Shown here piece by piece: positions 6,225 to 17,058 of a stretch of 64,000 bases of DNA; position 1 is the stretch's first letter, and the number at the start of each line of letters is the position of its first letter. Position numbers and translations under genes: made by a program. Source of the stretch: a virus; IMG/VR virus record IMGVR_UViG_3300042449_001328, positions 1 through 64,000 of that record; one strand, 5' to 3'. Under the pieces are notes generated by a model. The model did no database searches. It had not been told where the DNA came from and saw only the letters and a list, made by a program, of their open reading frames with translations.

Positions 6225-7195
6225 AAATAATCTAAGTTTATTTGCATAAAATTAACACTTTTTGTCATAAGTTCCAATGATTGTTCCTCATTTATATCTC
6301 CAGGGTCAAATCCGTTTAAATGAGCTACCCTTACCTCAAAATGGGTTGATAGGTATGCAGCTATTGTTTTTACTTTATCCAAAACGTCAGCTTCAAACCA
6401 TAACCAAATGACAGTCAAGCCTTTATCCTTTAGTAGTTGAACTTGTTGTTCACTTATCTTAGCACCAAATGTAGCCACGCACTTTAACCAATCTTGAGTG
6501 TGTAACTGTAGATTATAATCTGTCTTTGTCTTTGACAATATACCTTCCACTAGGATTACATCAGTTGTTTTGCCTTTTATTATTTCATCGTATCCAAACA
6601 GCATTTTACTGAAATCACTCATCGAGTTCTCATAACGTAGGTACTTTTTGCCCCCTGTTTTTTTTATTTCTTCATTGTAAGCATCTATCCATGCTTTGCT
6701 TTTTATAGACCTTGACACATATCCTGTTATCTTGCCTTCCATTTCAACTAGGAAAGTAATGTAGTCTTTCTTTAGTCTTGATACTCCTATCTTATATTGC
6801 TCGAATTGATAGGACTGCATTCCTCTTTCGTTTTGAAGATATTCGTTTTCAAATACCCTCTTCCATCCTACAGGAGGTTGAACTTCTGGTAATTCTTGTT
6901 GCTGTATTATGTCTTCACTTGTTTCAAATACATCTAGCAATAATCCTTCTGGGTCTATTTCTCTTTCTTGTACAAATTCTTTAAATTTATTTAAGTGTTT
7001 TAAAAGTGTGTATATATTCCCCGTGAAGCCACATTTGGACTTTCTGAAGCAACTGAACGGGTGGTTATTTTCTACAATAGAAATTCCAAACTCATCATGA
7101 CCACACTGAGGGCATAACCCGTAAATATCTTTACCGTCAGAACTGGGTCTTGGATTGGATATGAGTTGCTGCAACTGGTCTTTTGTGAGTTTCAT
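6221..7195 (-). CDS. DNA primase (Zn finger + TOPRIM)
   Basis: CPQCG...C...C zinc finger; VILVEG TOPRIM motif; DPGD. Confidence 0.85.
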   Translation of the reverse strand: MKLTKDQLQQLISNPRPSSDGKDIYGLCPQCGHDEFGISIVENNHPFSCFRKSKCGFTGNIYTLLKHLNKFKEFVQEREIDPEGLLLDVFETSEDIIQQQELPEVQPPVGWKRVFENEYLQNERGMQSYQFEQYKIGVSRLKKDYITFLVEMEGKITGYVSRSIKSKAWIDAYNEEIKKTGGKKYLRYENSMSDFSKMLFGYDEIIKGKTTDVILVEGILSKTKTDYNLQLHTQDWLKCVATFGAKISEQQVQLLKDKGLTVIWLWFEADVLDKVKTIAAYLSTHFEVRVAHLNGFDPGDINEEQSLELMTKSVNFMQINLDYL

Positions 7196-7422
7196 TGCTC
7201 TAATATTCTCTTGTTAACAATTAAACAAGCATTTTCAAAAGTAAAACCTTTGTCTATTAAATCTTTGCGAAAACATCGCTTTTCTAAAACTCGTTTTGCT
7301 GATTCACTCCGTTCTCCCAAATCTAAGTTTGCGATGGCTTGTAGTCTTTCAGGGCTTCCCATACTACCAATACTGTTTATGTAGCTGTTGATGCTACCGT
7401 ATTTTTCAATTAAATGATCCAT
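7192..7422 (-). CDS. Hypothetical protein
   Basis: 76 aa, coupled to its neighbours. Confidence 0.6.
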   Translation of the reverse strand: MDHLIEKYGSINSYINSIGSMGSPERLQAIANLDLGERSESAKRVLEKRCFRKDLIDKGFTFENACLIVNKRILEQ

Positions 7423-7424
7423 AA

Positions 7425-7868
7425 TTATTGTTTGCTTAATTTTGTTTCATTTGATTTTATTCTAACTTTTAAGCTGTGTAGTGGGCATGTTACCCATCCA
7501 TCGCTATCGCATTTTTCGTTTGACAAATCGTATCCTTTATGTGGACATTTTAATTTTTCTAAATTTTTGTAATTTAATTTTGAATTAGATATAAAGGTGT
7601 CTGGTGTTCTATACAAATGTTCTTTAAAATACATCCTTCTTTTTCGGTAACATATTTTTATTAAAAAATTTGGATCGTTTTCAATTCTAGTGGTATTTAT
7701 TTTTTTCAATAAATTCTTATGATGTTTTTTGCTTATAAACCTAAAATCTACATGATAGTGTGGTGTCATTTGACCGTTCTCTTTATCGTGATGCAAATGA
7801 TTGTATATAGGCACAATTAGCCTTTCAGGAAAAGATAATACAGCGCAAGGGACTTTGTGTTTTATCAT
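7425..7868 (-). CDS. Protein with a C-terminal Rieske-like [2Fe-2S] motif
   Basis: CPHKGYDL...VTCPLH (CxH...CxxH). Confidence 0.65.
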   Translation of the reverse strand: MIKHKVPCAVLSFPERLIVPIYNHLHHDKENGQMTPHYHVDFRFISKKHHKNLLKKINTTRIENDPNFLIKICYRKRRMYFKEHLYRTPDTFISNSKLNYKNLEKLKCPHKGYDLSNEKCDSDGWVTCPLHSLKVRIKSNETKLSKQ

Positions 7869-9250
7869 TTTTGCTTTGGAGCGTTCTTTATTATCTTGTT
7901 ATTGATGGGGTCCCAAAATCTTTTGTTGGTCTCTTGTATGTCTATAAATCTGCCTTTATTTCTATCTTGTGCTATATGATAAGTAGATTCCCATGAAAGT
8001 ATTTTTTGAAACCTGAATGCCTCTTCATGTATGCGCATTATGTCTTTATCATTTTCATCGTCTGTTTGATTTAAAGTAATTGTATAAGCAAAGGGGTCTA
8101 CTGTAGCTTTTAAATTTGAAATATTCTCTCTTGTGATAACAAAATTAGGATCGTTGTAATCTTTTTTCTCTATACTAGATGCTTGAGTGGCAGTGGCGCA
8201 AAATATTTTAAACTCAGTTGCTATGTTGACAATTTTTTCCGCAACAGCTAATTTTTTAGCCCTCTCCCCCTCTGCATTAGTTCCATATCTCTTTCCGTCA
8301 CCTGGATCAAATTTTTCAAGATAATCAAAAATTGCCCATTTTATATTATACTCCTTCATTAAATCCAATATAGCTTGCCTACACTCTGCTATGGAAGCAG
8401 AATTAAATTGTTCATAAGAAACAATGAATATTTCCCCACATTGAGCTAGGAAAGATTTTCTAGCCTTTTCAATAGTCTCTACATCTTTGCCTGTCAAATC
8501 CCCTTTCCTTATATCCATCATAGGCACACCAGTCCACATTGCATCATAAGCATCTTCAACTTCTGATTTTGTACCTTCAGCTTGAAAATGAATTCCATTA
8601 TGCCCCCTGAAAGCCAAATTGTGACCTATTGATCTCAAACAAGTACTTTTACCTACTCCTTTTCTAGCAATCACTAACATTGCCCTTCCAGGTTCAACCC
8701 CTCCCTTAGTGTGATAATCAAAAGCAGGTATGCCAATAGGCCACTTTACATTTGTAAAATCCCTTTGCTTTCTTTCTTGTTGCCGTCTATCAAAATCAGA
8801 AAATACTCTAGTGTGAAGTTTTGAAGTTAAACAAAATGAGTTTATCTCTTTGCTCTCCTTCTCAAGCAGCAACATAGCTTTCTCATGTTCCTGCTTATTG
8901 TACATCTCCTTAACGTCTTCATGTAGTTTTTGAAACCTGCCTTTCTTGATGAAAGATTCAAAGGACTGCATGATCTGGTCTTTACTATCATGTATTGAAG
9001 TTTCCCTAATGTTGTTCAGTACATTTATCAAGGAAGGTTTTTGAGGCAAGTTTTGAGATAATGTCCCTAAAGTAGGGATTTTTGAATGTATGCCATGATA
9101 GTCAAATATGTATTTAAAAACTTCTTTATACTCCTCTCCTTTTATGAAAGAATAATTCAAATGCTGTTTGACAATCTCTGTCACATCTTGACTAGATAGA
9201 CATAGCTTTGCCAGCTCGTTGAGATAGTTGCTTGAAAGTTTATCTGACAT
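7865..9250 (-). CDS. Replicative DnaB-like helicase
   Basis: Walker A ARKGVGKST, catalytic E in QAEG, Walker B IFDYLE, TATQ. Confidence 0.88.
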   Translation of the reverse strand: MSDKLSSNYLNELAKLCLSSQDVTEIVKQHLNYSFIKGEEYKEVFKYIFDYHGIHSKIPTLGTLSQNLPQKPSLINVLNNIRETSIHDSKDQIMQSFESFIKKGRFQKLHEDVKEMYNKQEHEKAMLLLEKESKEINSFCLTSKLHTRVFSDFDRRQQERKQRDFTNVKWPIGIPAFDYHTKGGVEPGRAMLVIARKGVGKSTCLRSIGHNLAFRGHNGIHFQAEGTKSEVEDAYDAMWTGVPMMDIRKGDLTGKDVETIEKARKSFLAQCGEIFIVSYEQFNSASIAECRQAILDLMKEYNIKWAIFDYLEKFDPGDGKRYGTNAEGERAKKLAVAEKIVNIATEFKIFCATATQASSIEKKDYNDPNFVITRENISNLKATVDPFAYTITLNQTDDENDKDIMRIHEEAFRFQKILSWESTYHIAQDRNKGRFIDIQETNKRFWDPINNKIIKNAPKQK

Positions 9251-9852
9251 TAGTACCCTCTGTTTTTAAACAATATTGGATTGACCGCTTTCAATATGCT
9301 TTTGCAAGATTTCTTTTGGAGACACGTTACGCAAACAGGACTTCTATGATTGTATAGAGTGGTCAAGGTAGCACAAGAATAAAGCCTTGCTTCTGTGTCT
9401 GGCAACCTGCTTTTATTGGCCTCTTCTATTGGGTTTGTGGAAAGATAGTTTATCTTTTCTGACTGCTCTTCTTTTACCAAAGCTGCCCTTAGTTCATCTA
9501 GGTTTATGGAGTTCTCTCTCAACCACTCTTTTGTATAGTAGTCTTCGCCATCTTTTCTTTCAATGAATCTTTTCAACAGCTTTTTCCCCGCTATCCAGTT
9601 CAATGAGATATTCCTTTTCAAGTGTTTAGAATCAAAATAGTGAAATCCAAAACTAAAGTAGTCTATCAGATAATTTATCCCAACTACTTCAGGCCCATAT
9701 TGGACTGACAATAGTTTGACAAAATTCTCGACTACTTTTCTTTGATTGGCTACGCTGAGATCTAATTTAAACGAGCTCTTGTACTTCTTGTTATAGAAGA
9801 ACTCAAACAGCCTAACGATGTGACGTTCGCTGTCTCTTCTCTGCTCGCTCAT
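9250..9852 (-). CDS. Conserved hypothetical protein with a C-terminal Cys cluster
   Basis: 200 aa; C...CxxC....C; adjacent to the helicase. Confidence 0.7.
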   Translation of the reverse strand: MSEQRRDSERHIVRLFEFFYNKKYKSSFKLDLSVANQRKVVENFVKLLSVQYGPEVVGINYLIDYFSFGFHYFDSKHLKRNISLNWIAGKKLLKRFIERKDGEDYYTKEWLRENSINLDELRAALVKEEQSEKINYLSTNPIEEANKSRLPDTEARLYSCATLTTLYNHRSPVCVTCLQKKSCKSILKAVNPILFKNRGY

Positions 9853-10051
9853 CGTATATCTTTATCATTTCATTGATGCCAGCGGCCAGTGCTTGAAAGT
9901 CTTCTGGCTGGATTCTGAGGACGGTATCCCCCTCTTTGTTGACTACATCAATTGTAGAACCTTCGTCTATCTCCCAAGTGGCGTCTTCAAAATCATCATT
10001 GGGGTCAGTGGGGTCTATATCCCTATACAAAATACCAGCTTTTAGGATCAT
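9812..10051 (-). CDS. Hypothetical protein
   Basis: 79 aa acidic ORF. Confidence 0.6.
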   Translation of the reverse strand: MILKAGILYRDIDPTDPNDDFEDATWEIDEGSTIDVVNKEGDTVLRIQPEDFQALAAGINEMIKIYDERAEKRQRTSHR

Positions 10052-10099
10052 AAAGATTTGTGTGTTAAGATTACAAGTGTAAAATTAACAACAAAATCT

Positions 10100-10675
10100 C
10101 TAAACCCAATCAAAAGTCAAAGAAATATTTTCTTGGGTCTCAGGAAAGTAGACTTTGTTCATGATGTCCACGTATTGTTGAGTGGTCAAAGGGTCTATAA
10201 ATGAAGCCTTTAAGGTTCTCTTTATGTATATGGCTAGGTAGTTGCCATTGTCTAAGTTAGGCAATTGTAGGGCATTATCTATGCCTACTGCGTTTTGAAA
10301 CATGACCGTGTATGGAGTGGCGTATATTGAGCTTAATTGTTCACTTAAAAGGTCACCGCATTCGTCTGCCGTGACAGGGGCGTAACCTATTTGATATTCG
10401 CATACATTGCTGTCTGACAATGGATCGCCTGATTGGGGGTAGGTAAAATAGGCTTTTAATGAAGTTTTTGTTGGTGCGCTGGAGGATTTGATTGCTATTG
10501 CCCTAAACTCAGGTTTGTTCTGAGTTTTTGTAAAAGCACTGATGTCCCCAAACACATTCCTTATAGTAGCATTGGGTATGGATGTAGAACTTATATACCC
10601 TCCTAAAGACTTAGAAGAGTCTTGTTGTATAGCGTTAAACTTAGAAGCTCCAGTATAGTATAAAATTAAACTCAT
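10100..10675 (-). CDS. Virion/tail-associated protein
   Basis: SLGGYISST...NVFGDIS motif seen in phage tail-end proteins; last gene of the tail module. Confidence 0.6.
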   Translation of the reverse strand: MSLILYYTGASKFNAIQQDSSKSLGGYISSTSIPNATIRNVFGDISAFTKTQNKPEFRAIAIKSSSAPTKTSLKAYFTYPQSGDPLSDSNVCEYQIGYAPVTADECGDLLSEQLSSIYATPYTVMFQNAVGIDNALQLPNLDNGNYLAIYIKRTLKASFIDPLTTQQYVDIMNKVYFPETQENISLTFDWV

Positions 10676-10759
10676 TGATTATCAGTTAGTTACAAACTAT
10701 TAGGTGAAAGTTAAAATTTTTGTTACTATATTTATGGCATAAAAATACTAAAAACATTT

Positions 10760-11236
10760 ATGAAAACAAAATTTATTATTTTATTGATTTCATCTATCCT
10801 ATTTAGATGTATAGTTGTAGAACCTATAACACCAAATTACAATTTTCCAAAAGAGATTGCACCCTATGTGGATAAATTTTTACTTGAAGGAAAAAAAAGA
10901 GGTTTGGATATTGATTTAAAAGGTTTAAAAATATTTTATCAAGATTCTTTGCCATACAATCAATATCAAGGGTACTATTATCCAAACACGCACTCTATTT
11001 ATATAAAAAAAGGAATTGAACCTTATTTAGTCTTCAATGAATTCCCAGAAGAACTGATTATGCACGAACTTGGTCACGGTATTTTAAAAAGAGACCATAT
11101 TTACGACAAACTAGAAAATGGAGATTTTAAATCAGTTATGGCCACTCCTTATGTTGGATGGTCAAGAAATAGAGAAAAAGAACAACATTATTATGATGAA
11201 TTATTTGATAAATCACAATTCAATACTTTGAAGTAA
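10760..11236 (+). CDS. Putative lipoprotein zinc metallopeptidase (metzincin-like)
   Basis: Hydrophobic N-terminus ending in Cys17; HELGHGILKRDH plus SVM Met-turn; the only convincing plus-strand gene. Confidence 0.75.
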   Translation: MKTKFIILLISSILFRCIVVEPITPNYNFPKEIAPYVDKFLLEGKKRGLDIDLKGLKIFYQDSLPYNQYQGYYYPNTHSIYIKKGIEPYLVFNEFPEELIMHELGHGILKRDHIYDKLENGDFKSVMATPYVGWSRNREKEQHYYDELFDKSQFNTLK

Positions 11237-11242
11237 ATTCTT

Positions 11243-13534
11243 TTAAGGTAAGTATTGAATTGTTACCCATCCACGATTAAATGATGTGGCATTAAAGTCA
11301 ATTGAATCAAAAGCCCCAGTATCTGTTCTTTGTAATATAATATTAGTTGGTCCTATAGAAAGAACTGATCCAGAAGTCAATCCGTTAAGAAAATTAACAA
11401 CTTGCAGATCGTAAAAAAAAGAATCATCATCTCTTCTTATCATTACCGAAACCGTTCTTATTTTCAAGAAATCAGATAATCCATGGGCTACGTTTGTAGA
11501 CGAATTTGCGTCCATATTCCAATCTCCAATATTAATTACTTTTGTAATTAAACCTCCTAAAGCATTAACTACCGCTGCTTGAGTTACAGAACCATCTACA
11601 TTCGATGCAGATAAATCTGTGTATAACTTAGCAATACCAGCTGTTGTGTTAGTGGCATTAGCAATTACATCATCTTTAGATATATAATCAAAGAACCTCC
11701 AATTAGAGCCATCAAAATAAAGCTCAACGGTCAAATTGTTTGCTAGGATTTGAGAAATGTAAAAGGCACTTGATATGTTAAGGATAGTTGTTCCAGGGCT
11801 ACCTGAGTTGATGTAGTTTTGAGTGATTATAAGGCTATTGCCTCCAATAGTTATGTTGCCCCTCAAGTCCAATTTAAAGCTGTTGCCTTGTATAGCCCCA
11901 GAGGTAGATATGTTTATATAATGGTTGACAGAGAAAGCATAAGGGCTTGTAGGGGTGTTAAATATCTGTCTTTGTTTGGCTACACCAACGGTCAAAGTTG
12001 TAACTGGGTTTGCATTGTCAAACAATCTGGTTTCAACTCCAAACAAGTCGCCTGTGGTAATGCCGTTTATTACGTTTATGTAGGCATTGGTAGGTTGAGT
12101 TAACCTAATGTATCCAGCAGTAAAACTTGAAGTGTATGGGTATCTAACGGGTACGTTAAGTGATCCGTCGTTGTTGAAAGAACTCTCTCTAAGGTAACCA
12201 ACTGAGTGTGATGGAGGCTGTCTGTAAGTGCCATTGGCGTTAAAGTGCTTGTAGCGATACCTAAAACCATAATCACATGTTGGTGCAGAGAATACTGTCA
12301 AGGGTATTTGTGCGCTGTATTGATTGATAGGGTACACGTAACGCTCCCAATTTATAAGTTCAGTGTTTGTAACGTCCTTTGCAAAAAACAACTCAATCTC
12401 TTCTACGTTAGGTGCAACCGTCAATTTATAAGCGGTGTCGGTGAACTTACTTGAATCAAGTACATCTACAGTCAAGTTTATTTGGCTGCCTGAACGAGAG
12501 CTTGCACTGATGTTTAAATAAGAGCCGTCTTTTAAGTAAAGTCTCCAGCCATCAAAATCTCCGTTGGTAAAATCTGAAGTAGTGAGAAACTTACCTCCCG
12601 AACCTGAGTTTAAGGTAACTAAGTTAGTGTTGGTGTTAATAGTCCAGTTATCACTAGAGAAAGCCCACTCTACATTAACTAGGTTTTTGCTCCTAGGTGA
12701 AAATACATCGTCAAACTTTACAGAAGTTACAGCAATCAAAGGATTGGCTGCGTCTGGGAATACGTCTATCTCATATCCTGTTACTGATTTATAAATACTG
12801 TTTCTCTTATCTTCAATGTTCAAAGTGCTTCCGTTCCTTCTTACTCTGGCTAAGAAAAATTCAGTACCGCTTATTGAAGATGGAGGTGTGTTTAAAACAG
12901 ACTCTGCAACCAAAGTCATCAAACAACTGTCGTATTGGAATATCTCTTTATCCCCACTAGAAGGGACTGCGTCAGGGGTGAAGCTGCCTATAACTGCATA
13001 TTGAATATTGCTTTCTGCTGAGAATACGCCTGACAAAACTGAGGATGTGTTGCTTATAACTTCAGTTACATCATATTCACCTGTATTTAATACAGAACCA
13101 ACAAATTTAATCCTTGCTGGTATGTTTGGGTTACCCCTCAACACCTCTGTGAACAAAGTACCGTTGCCAGCCAAATTGCCTGAAGCATCTATTGTCACAG
13201 TTCCAGTCTCTGTAGAAGAATATTGAAAAGCTATCTTGACCCAATACCATGAATTGTCATTAGGTACAGAAAAGTTATCAAAGGCTGGTTTGGTTATAAG
13301 CTGACCACTTGAGTTTACCGCCACTCCATTAGCCCCTTGAATTGTCCCTACGTTAGTTCCTTGGCTTATTTTAAAGTTATTGAAGTTTCCGTTTATGGAA
13401 TTGTTGAACAAGCCATATGAAATTGAATTTTGCAGAAATATCTTGCGAAATCCGTCATCGTCCATGAATTTTTTAAAACGATTGAGCTCTTGACTTTCGA
13501 GAAAAAGATCGGGACTAAACTTGACGTATGACAT
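11243..13534 (-). CDS. Tail/baseplate adsorption-associated protein
   Basis: 763 aa, beta-rich; N-terminal F.P.LFLES.EL; follows the baseplate genes. Confidence 0.7.
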   Translation of the reverse strand: MSYVKFSPDLFLESQELNRFKKFMDDDGFRKIFLQNSISYGLFNNSINGNFNNFKISQGTNVGTIQGANGVAVNSSGQLITKPAFDNFSVPNDNSWYWVKIAFQYSSTETGTVTIDASGNLAGNGTLFTEVLRGNPNIPARIKFVGSVLNTGEYDVTEVISNTSSVLSGVFSAESNIQYAVIGSFTPDAVPSSGDKEIFQYDSCLMTLVAESVLNTPPSSISGTEFFLARVRRNGSTLNIEDKRNSIYKSVTGYEIDVFPDAANPLIAVTSVKFDDVFSPRSKNLVNVEWAFSSDNWTINTNTNLVTLNSGSGGKFLTTSDFTNGDFDGWRLYLKDGSYLNISASSRSGSQINLTVDVLDSSKFTDTAYKLTVAPNVEEIELFFAKDVTNTELINWERYVYPINQYSAQIPLTVFSAPTCDYGFRYRYKHFNANGTYRQPPSHSVGYLRESSFNNDGSLNVPVRYPYTSSFTAGYIRLTQPTNAYINVINGITTGDLFGVETRLFDNANPVTTLTVGVAKQRQIFNTPTSPYAFSVNHYINISTSGAIQGNSFKLDLRGNITIGGNSLIITQNYINSGSPGTTILNISSAFYISQILANNLTVELYFDGSNWRFFDYISKDDVIANATNTTAGIAKLYTDLSASNVDGSVTQAAVVNALGGLITKVINIGDWNMDANSSTNVAHGLSDFLKIRTVSVMIRRDDDSFFYDLQVVNFLNGLTSGSVLSIGPTNIILQRTDTGAFDSIDFNATSFNRGWVTIQYLP

Positions 13535-13572
13535 TTTTAATTTTTTATTTTTATTGCAAATCAGTTAATGTT

Positions 13573-15198
13573 TTACACTGATGAAACATAACCCTGTGTA
13601 AACTTAAAAATACTATTTCTCTTGAAACTGGTATTGTAAGGGATGAATTCATTTCTCATGATTATATCTATCTCCTCATCAGTGTAGTCTGCGTTATTGT
13701 TGTGGGCTATTACATCTATAAAGTTCTTGTTGTTCAAAAAACAACGGCTATATTCAATGCTAGAAGGCCTTACTTTAATGTCCCATAAGTTGATTCCACT
13801 AGATACAGAGCCTATCAAAGAATTGTCCAGCACTATGTAAGGGATTATCTTTCTGGCTGTACTAGGGAATCTCAAATGATTTCCTATACCTATGTTGAGT
13901 AAACCTTCTGAAGCTGGTCTTATTGACTCAAGGTAGTTGAACACTATCCCCCTGACAAAATAATACTTATCGTTTCTGTTCAATCTTTGTCTCAAAAAGA
14001 AATTATTTTGTGTACCGCCCGTGATTAAGCTCTGTGTATTTATAACATTATTGTCTTTATCCAAACATATGACGCCAAATGTTAGATTGTTAGCCAATGT
14101 GGTTTGTTTTACCTGAAACGTTATTTCAAAATTAACGTTAGGGTCAATCAGTATTGCTTTTGTTGCATCAATAGCCCCTATACCAGCTATTGTGTTTGCA
14201 GGAATAGCGTTTATCCTTAATACACTTTTAGGAGAATCTGGCGTAACGTTGCAATAAGTTGTTTGAAGTAATGGATAAAGGTTTTTGTTTACAACATCTT
14301 TGGTGCTCTCATAACCTAAATTAAGATCTGGTCTATTCAAAGAACCTCTATAACTAGGTGAGGAATTTGATATATTCCATCCGTTGTACTTTGAAGGAGG
14401 GTTTGCCAACAAGAAGAAATCCAATGGGCTTTGGCACAATAACCTCAACAATTCTCCGTCTGCCAAAACTTCACCAGACAGTCTCTTTATCATATTGGAA
14501 GAACCTCTCTGAGACCTTATCCTTAACTGATTTTCTATAACATACAGTAATTGATCTAACGTCTCATCTCCACATGTACGGTTGCCTCTGTTTTGCAAAT
14601 AAAGATTAGCTAAGTTTGCATCGTTTTGGAAGTTTTCAAACGCCCTAGCATACTGCACAAGGTAAGAGAAGAATATGGTTATTGATTTCCAAAACTTGAT
14701 ATAGTCAGCGTCTTGTACAGAATCGCCTACCCTAGTGATGTACTTAGGCACTATACCGGGTCTATATAGTTTCTCTAATACATTTAAAGCCCAAGCAAGT
14801 GCATCAAGGTCTAGTGAGGTGAAATAATCTTTAAATACAGAGTTTGAAAAAATAGGCGGATCTGCTAATGTGGTAAAAGTACCGTTGAGTGTTGTGTTTT
14901 CCCACTCTAGCAAGCCAGAGTTATCAGAACCACTCCTTATATATCTATATTGAACAAAGAATGTGTCGGTAGAGTTGACGGTTATTGCCATCAAATTTGG
15001 GTTGCTTAAAATTGTCCAAGGGGAAAAATTAAGCCCATCCGTACTGTACCTAAACTGACGTTCAAAAAACCTTGATGCTGTCTCACCTTCTGTGGTATCT
15101 AAGAAAGATGAAAGTGCTATTAACCCCACGACAGGCACGGAAACCCTTATTTCTATGATGTCCCCTATTTCGCTTGCCGTATTGTTGACTACTGCCAT
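13573..15198 (-). CDS. Baseplate wedge-like structural protein
   Basis: 541 aa in the baseplate region; RSQRGS motif. Confidence 0.6.
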   Translation of the reverse strand: MAVVNNTASEIGDIIEIRVSVPVVGLIALSSFLDTTEGETASRFFERQFRYSTDGLNFSPWTILSNPNLMAITVNSTDTFFVQYRYIRSGSDNSGLLEWENTTLNGTFTTLADPPIFSNSVFKDYFTSLDLDALAWALNVLEKLYRPGIVPKYITRVGDSVQDADYIKFWKSITIFFSYLVQYARAFENFQNDANLANLYLQNRGNRTCGDETLDQLLYVIENQLRIRSQRGSSNMIKRLSGEVLADGELLRLLCQSPLDFFLLANPPSKYNGWNISNSSPSYRGSLNRPDLNLGYESTKDVVNKNLYPLLQTTYCNVTPDSPKSVLRINAIPANTIAGIGAIDATKAILIDPNVNFEITFQVKQTTLANNLTFGVICLDKDNNVINTQSLITGGTQNNFFLRQRLNRNDKYYFVRGIVFNYLESIRPASEGLLNIGIGNHLRFPSTARKIIPYIVLDNSLIGSVSSGINLWDIKVRPSSIEYSRCFLNNKNFIDVIAHNNNADYTDEEIDIIMRNEFIPYNTSFKRNSIFKFTQGYVSSV

Positions 15199-15221
15199 GA
15201 TTGTTAAATAACTCTATTCTT

Positions 15222-15440
15222 TTACTTTTTGGTTTTTAACTCATATTCTACACCTTCGCTTGTCATGCTTGCAACAACAACATCTTCTGTTTTTATACCA
15301 GCACTTTCTAAAGCTGAAAGTATCAAATCTGACTCATTGCGCAAAACTATGCTAATGGAGTTGTTCAGATTATCGCGCTGCAATTTTAAAACTTGTAAGA
15401 CTGATAGCTGATTTTTTGTTAATTTGATCAATCTTTTCAT
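15222..15440 (-). CDS. Small coiled-coil protein (fibre chaperone-like)
   Basis: 72 aa with its own upstream promoter-like motif. Confidence 0.55.
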   Translation of the reverse strand: MKRLIKLTKNQLSVLQVLKLQRDNLNNSISIVLRNESDLILSALESAGIKTEDVVVASMTSEGVEYELKTKK

Positions 15441-15493
15441 TTTAAAATGTAAAAATAACTAATTTTTTGCTATTGTATGAAATATAAGTTTTG

Positions 15494-17056
15494 TTAGAAT
15501 CCTCTATAACCGTTTACTGTAATAAACACCGTGCCAGTGGTCAAACTAGTTGGTATTAAAAAGTTTGTTATTGTGTTTGCAATCCCCCTTAAAGGTTGAC
15601 TATAATTCATTAATTGAGTCCCTGCTACGGTGTCCAGTACGAATTGATCAAACACTCTATACATTGAAGTGCCAGTGTAAGCTACAGAGGGAACTACGTT
15701 AGCTCCTCCAGGCGTTGCCGAAAAGTTAAATGTAGTTGCTGAAGCTACTGTAGTTACATAGTATATTTGATTTACTGTCACGCCAGTGCCTCCAGCTAAA
15801 GCTGTAAAAATAATAGCATCCCCTACCCTAAGATCGTGTGTACCAGTTGTTGCCAATCCAGTTGTAATAGCAATCGAAGTAACCGATACTATTGAGTCTA
15901 ATATAAGCAGCGTACCGCTTGTACCTAATGTATTGTTCCTAACACGTATTGACTTAATGTAATTTCTTACTGACGCTTGAGCTGGAGATGCCACTAAGCC
16001 TTGTACTGTATTTACAGTACCAACGCTTGATACTGGTATTGTGAAATCTAATTCTGATGTTGCGCCTTCCTTGGTAATTGTTTGAAGACCTGTTGATACA
16101 GGTAAATAGGATGCATCACCAGCTACTAGGGTTGCATCTTGCGTAGCAATAGTTGTAGGGACTACCCTGCCTCCCATTTGGATAGGATTGGCAGTAGTAG
16201 CAGTTGAGTGAGCAACAGATCCGTTAGCTATCACGGTAGCATTTAAGTTTGCTGCCGTTGCGTTGGAGACTTGATAGTATGTTGGAGAGAAAGGGGCTTG
16301 AGAAAAAGTAGAAATAGCCTGTATTGATCCGCCTGTTATTGTTGAAACAATCCTTAAACGTATATACCTAAAAGTTCTTGGGAAGATGTACCCTATTTGT
16401 GAGGCCGTAGCTGTGATTGCTGAAACAATTGGCGTACCTGTAGCTGTAACTTGGTTCCAAACAGGTATTGCTTGGAAGTTGGCTGTAGGGCTGTTACTTC
16501 CCTCAAAGATAAAAGTACCCGCTGTTCCAGTAGATACAACTTGTACACATGCGCTTCTGTATGGCAACATATCGCTCCCATTTGTTCCTGAAGATGGTGT
16601 CAATATATTATTTACAACAGCAGTTTGAGCTGAAGCCCCAACTACAGGCTGGTCTATAATATTGTCAATACTTAAAATCCCAGTTGCATAAGTGGTACGT
16701 ATAAAAATAGAAGCAGATCCAGTTACAGCTGTATTTGCAGAAAGCCTAAAACCTATCCAGCCAGAGCTATTGGCTTCATAACTGCCAACTTGATTTGATG
16801 GTATAAGATTGAAACTATCTTTTGTTATAATATCTATAACTGTTGCAGTCAACCAATTAGTGCCATCAATAGTAAATTGAGGAGTCAACCCTTGGTTTAA
16901 GGTATTGGCTGTAATATGGATTGAAACAGATTCTCTTCCATCCATTTCAATAATATGTACAGTAGAGTTTGCTGTTGCTGTTCCAGAATTAGGGTTTAGG
17001 TTCTGTGTGGTTATATTACCAGAACTTGTTTTATCATTTGGTGGAAAATATGCCAT
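15494..17056 (-). CDS. Virion fibre/decoration-type protein
   Basis: 520 aa, T/S/G/A-rich beta protein. Confidence 0.6.
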   Translation of the reverse strand: MAYFPPNDKTSSGNITTQNLNPNSGTATANSTVHIIEMDGRESVSIHITANTLNQGLTPQFTIDGTNWLTATVIDIITKDSFNLIPSNQVGSYEANSSGWIGFRLSANTAVTGSASIFIRTTYATGILSIDNIIDQPVVGASAQTAVVNNILTPSSGTNGSDMLPYRSACVQVVSTGTAGTFIFEGSNSPTANFQAIPVWNQVTATGTPIVSAITATASQIGYIFPRTFRYIRLRIVSTITGGSIQAISTFSQAPFSPTYYQVSNATAANLNATVIANGSVAHSTATTANPIQMGGRVVPTTIATQDATLVAGDASYLPVSTGLQTITKEGATSELDFTIPVSSVGTVNTVQGLVASPAQASVRNYIKSIRVRNNTLGTSGTLLILDSIVSVTSIAITTGLATTGTHDLRVGDAIIFTALAGGTGVTVNQIYYVTTVASATTFNFSATPGGANVVPSVAYTGTSMYRVFDQFVLDTVAGTQLMNYSQPLRGIANTITNFLIPTSLTTGTVFITVNGYRGF

Positions 17057-17058
17057 AA

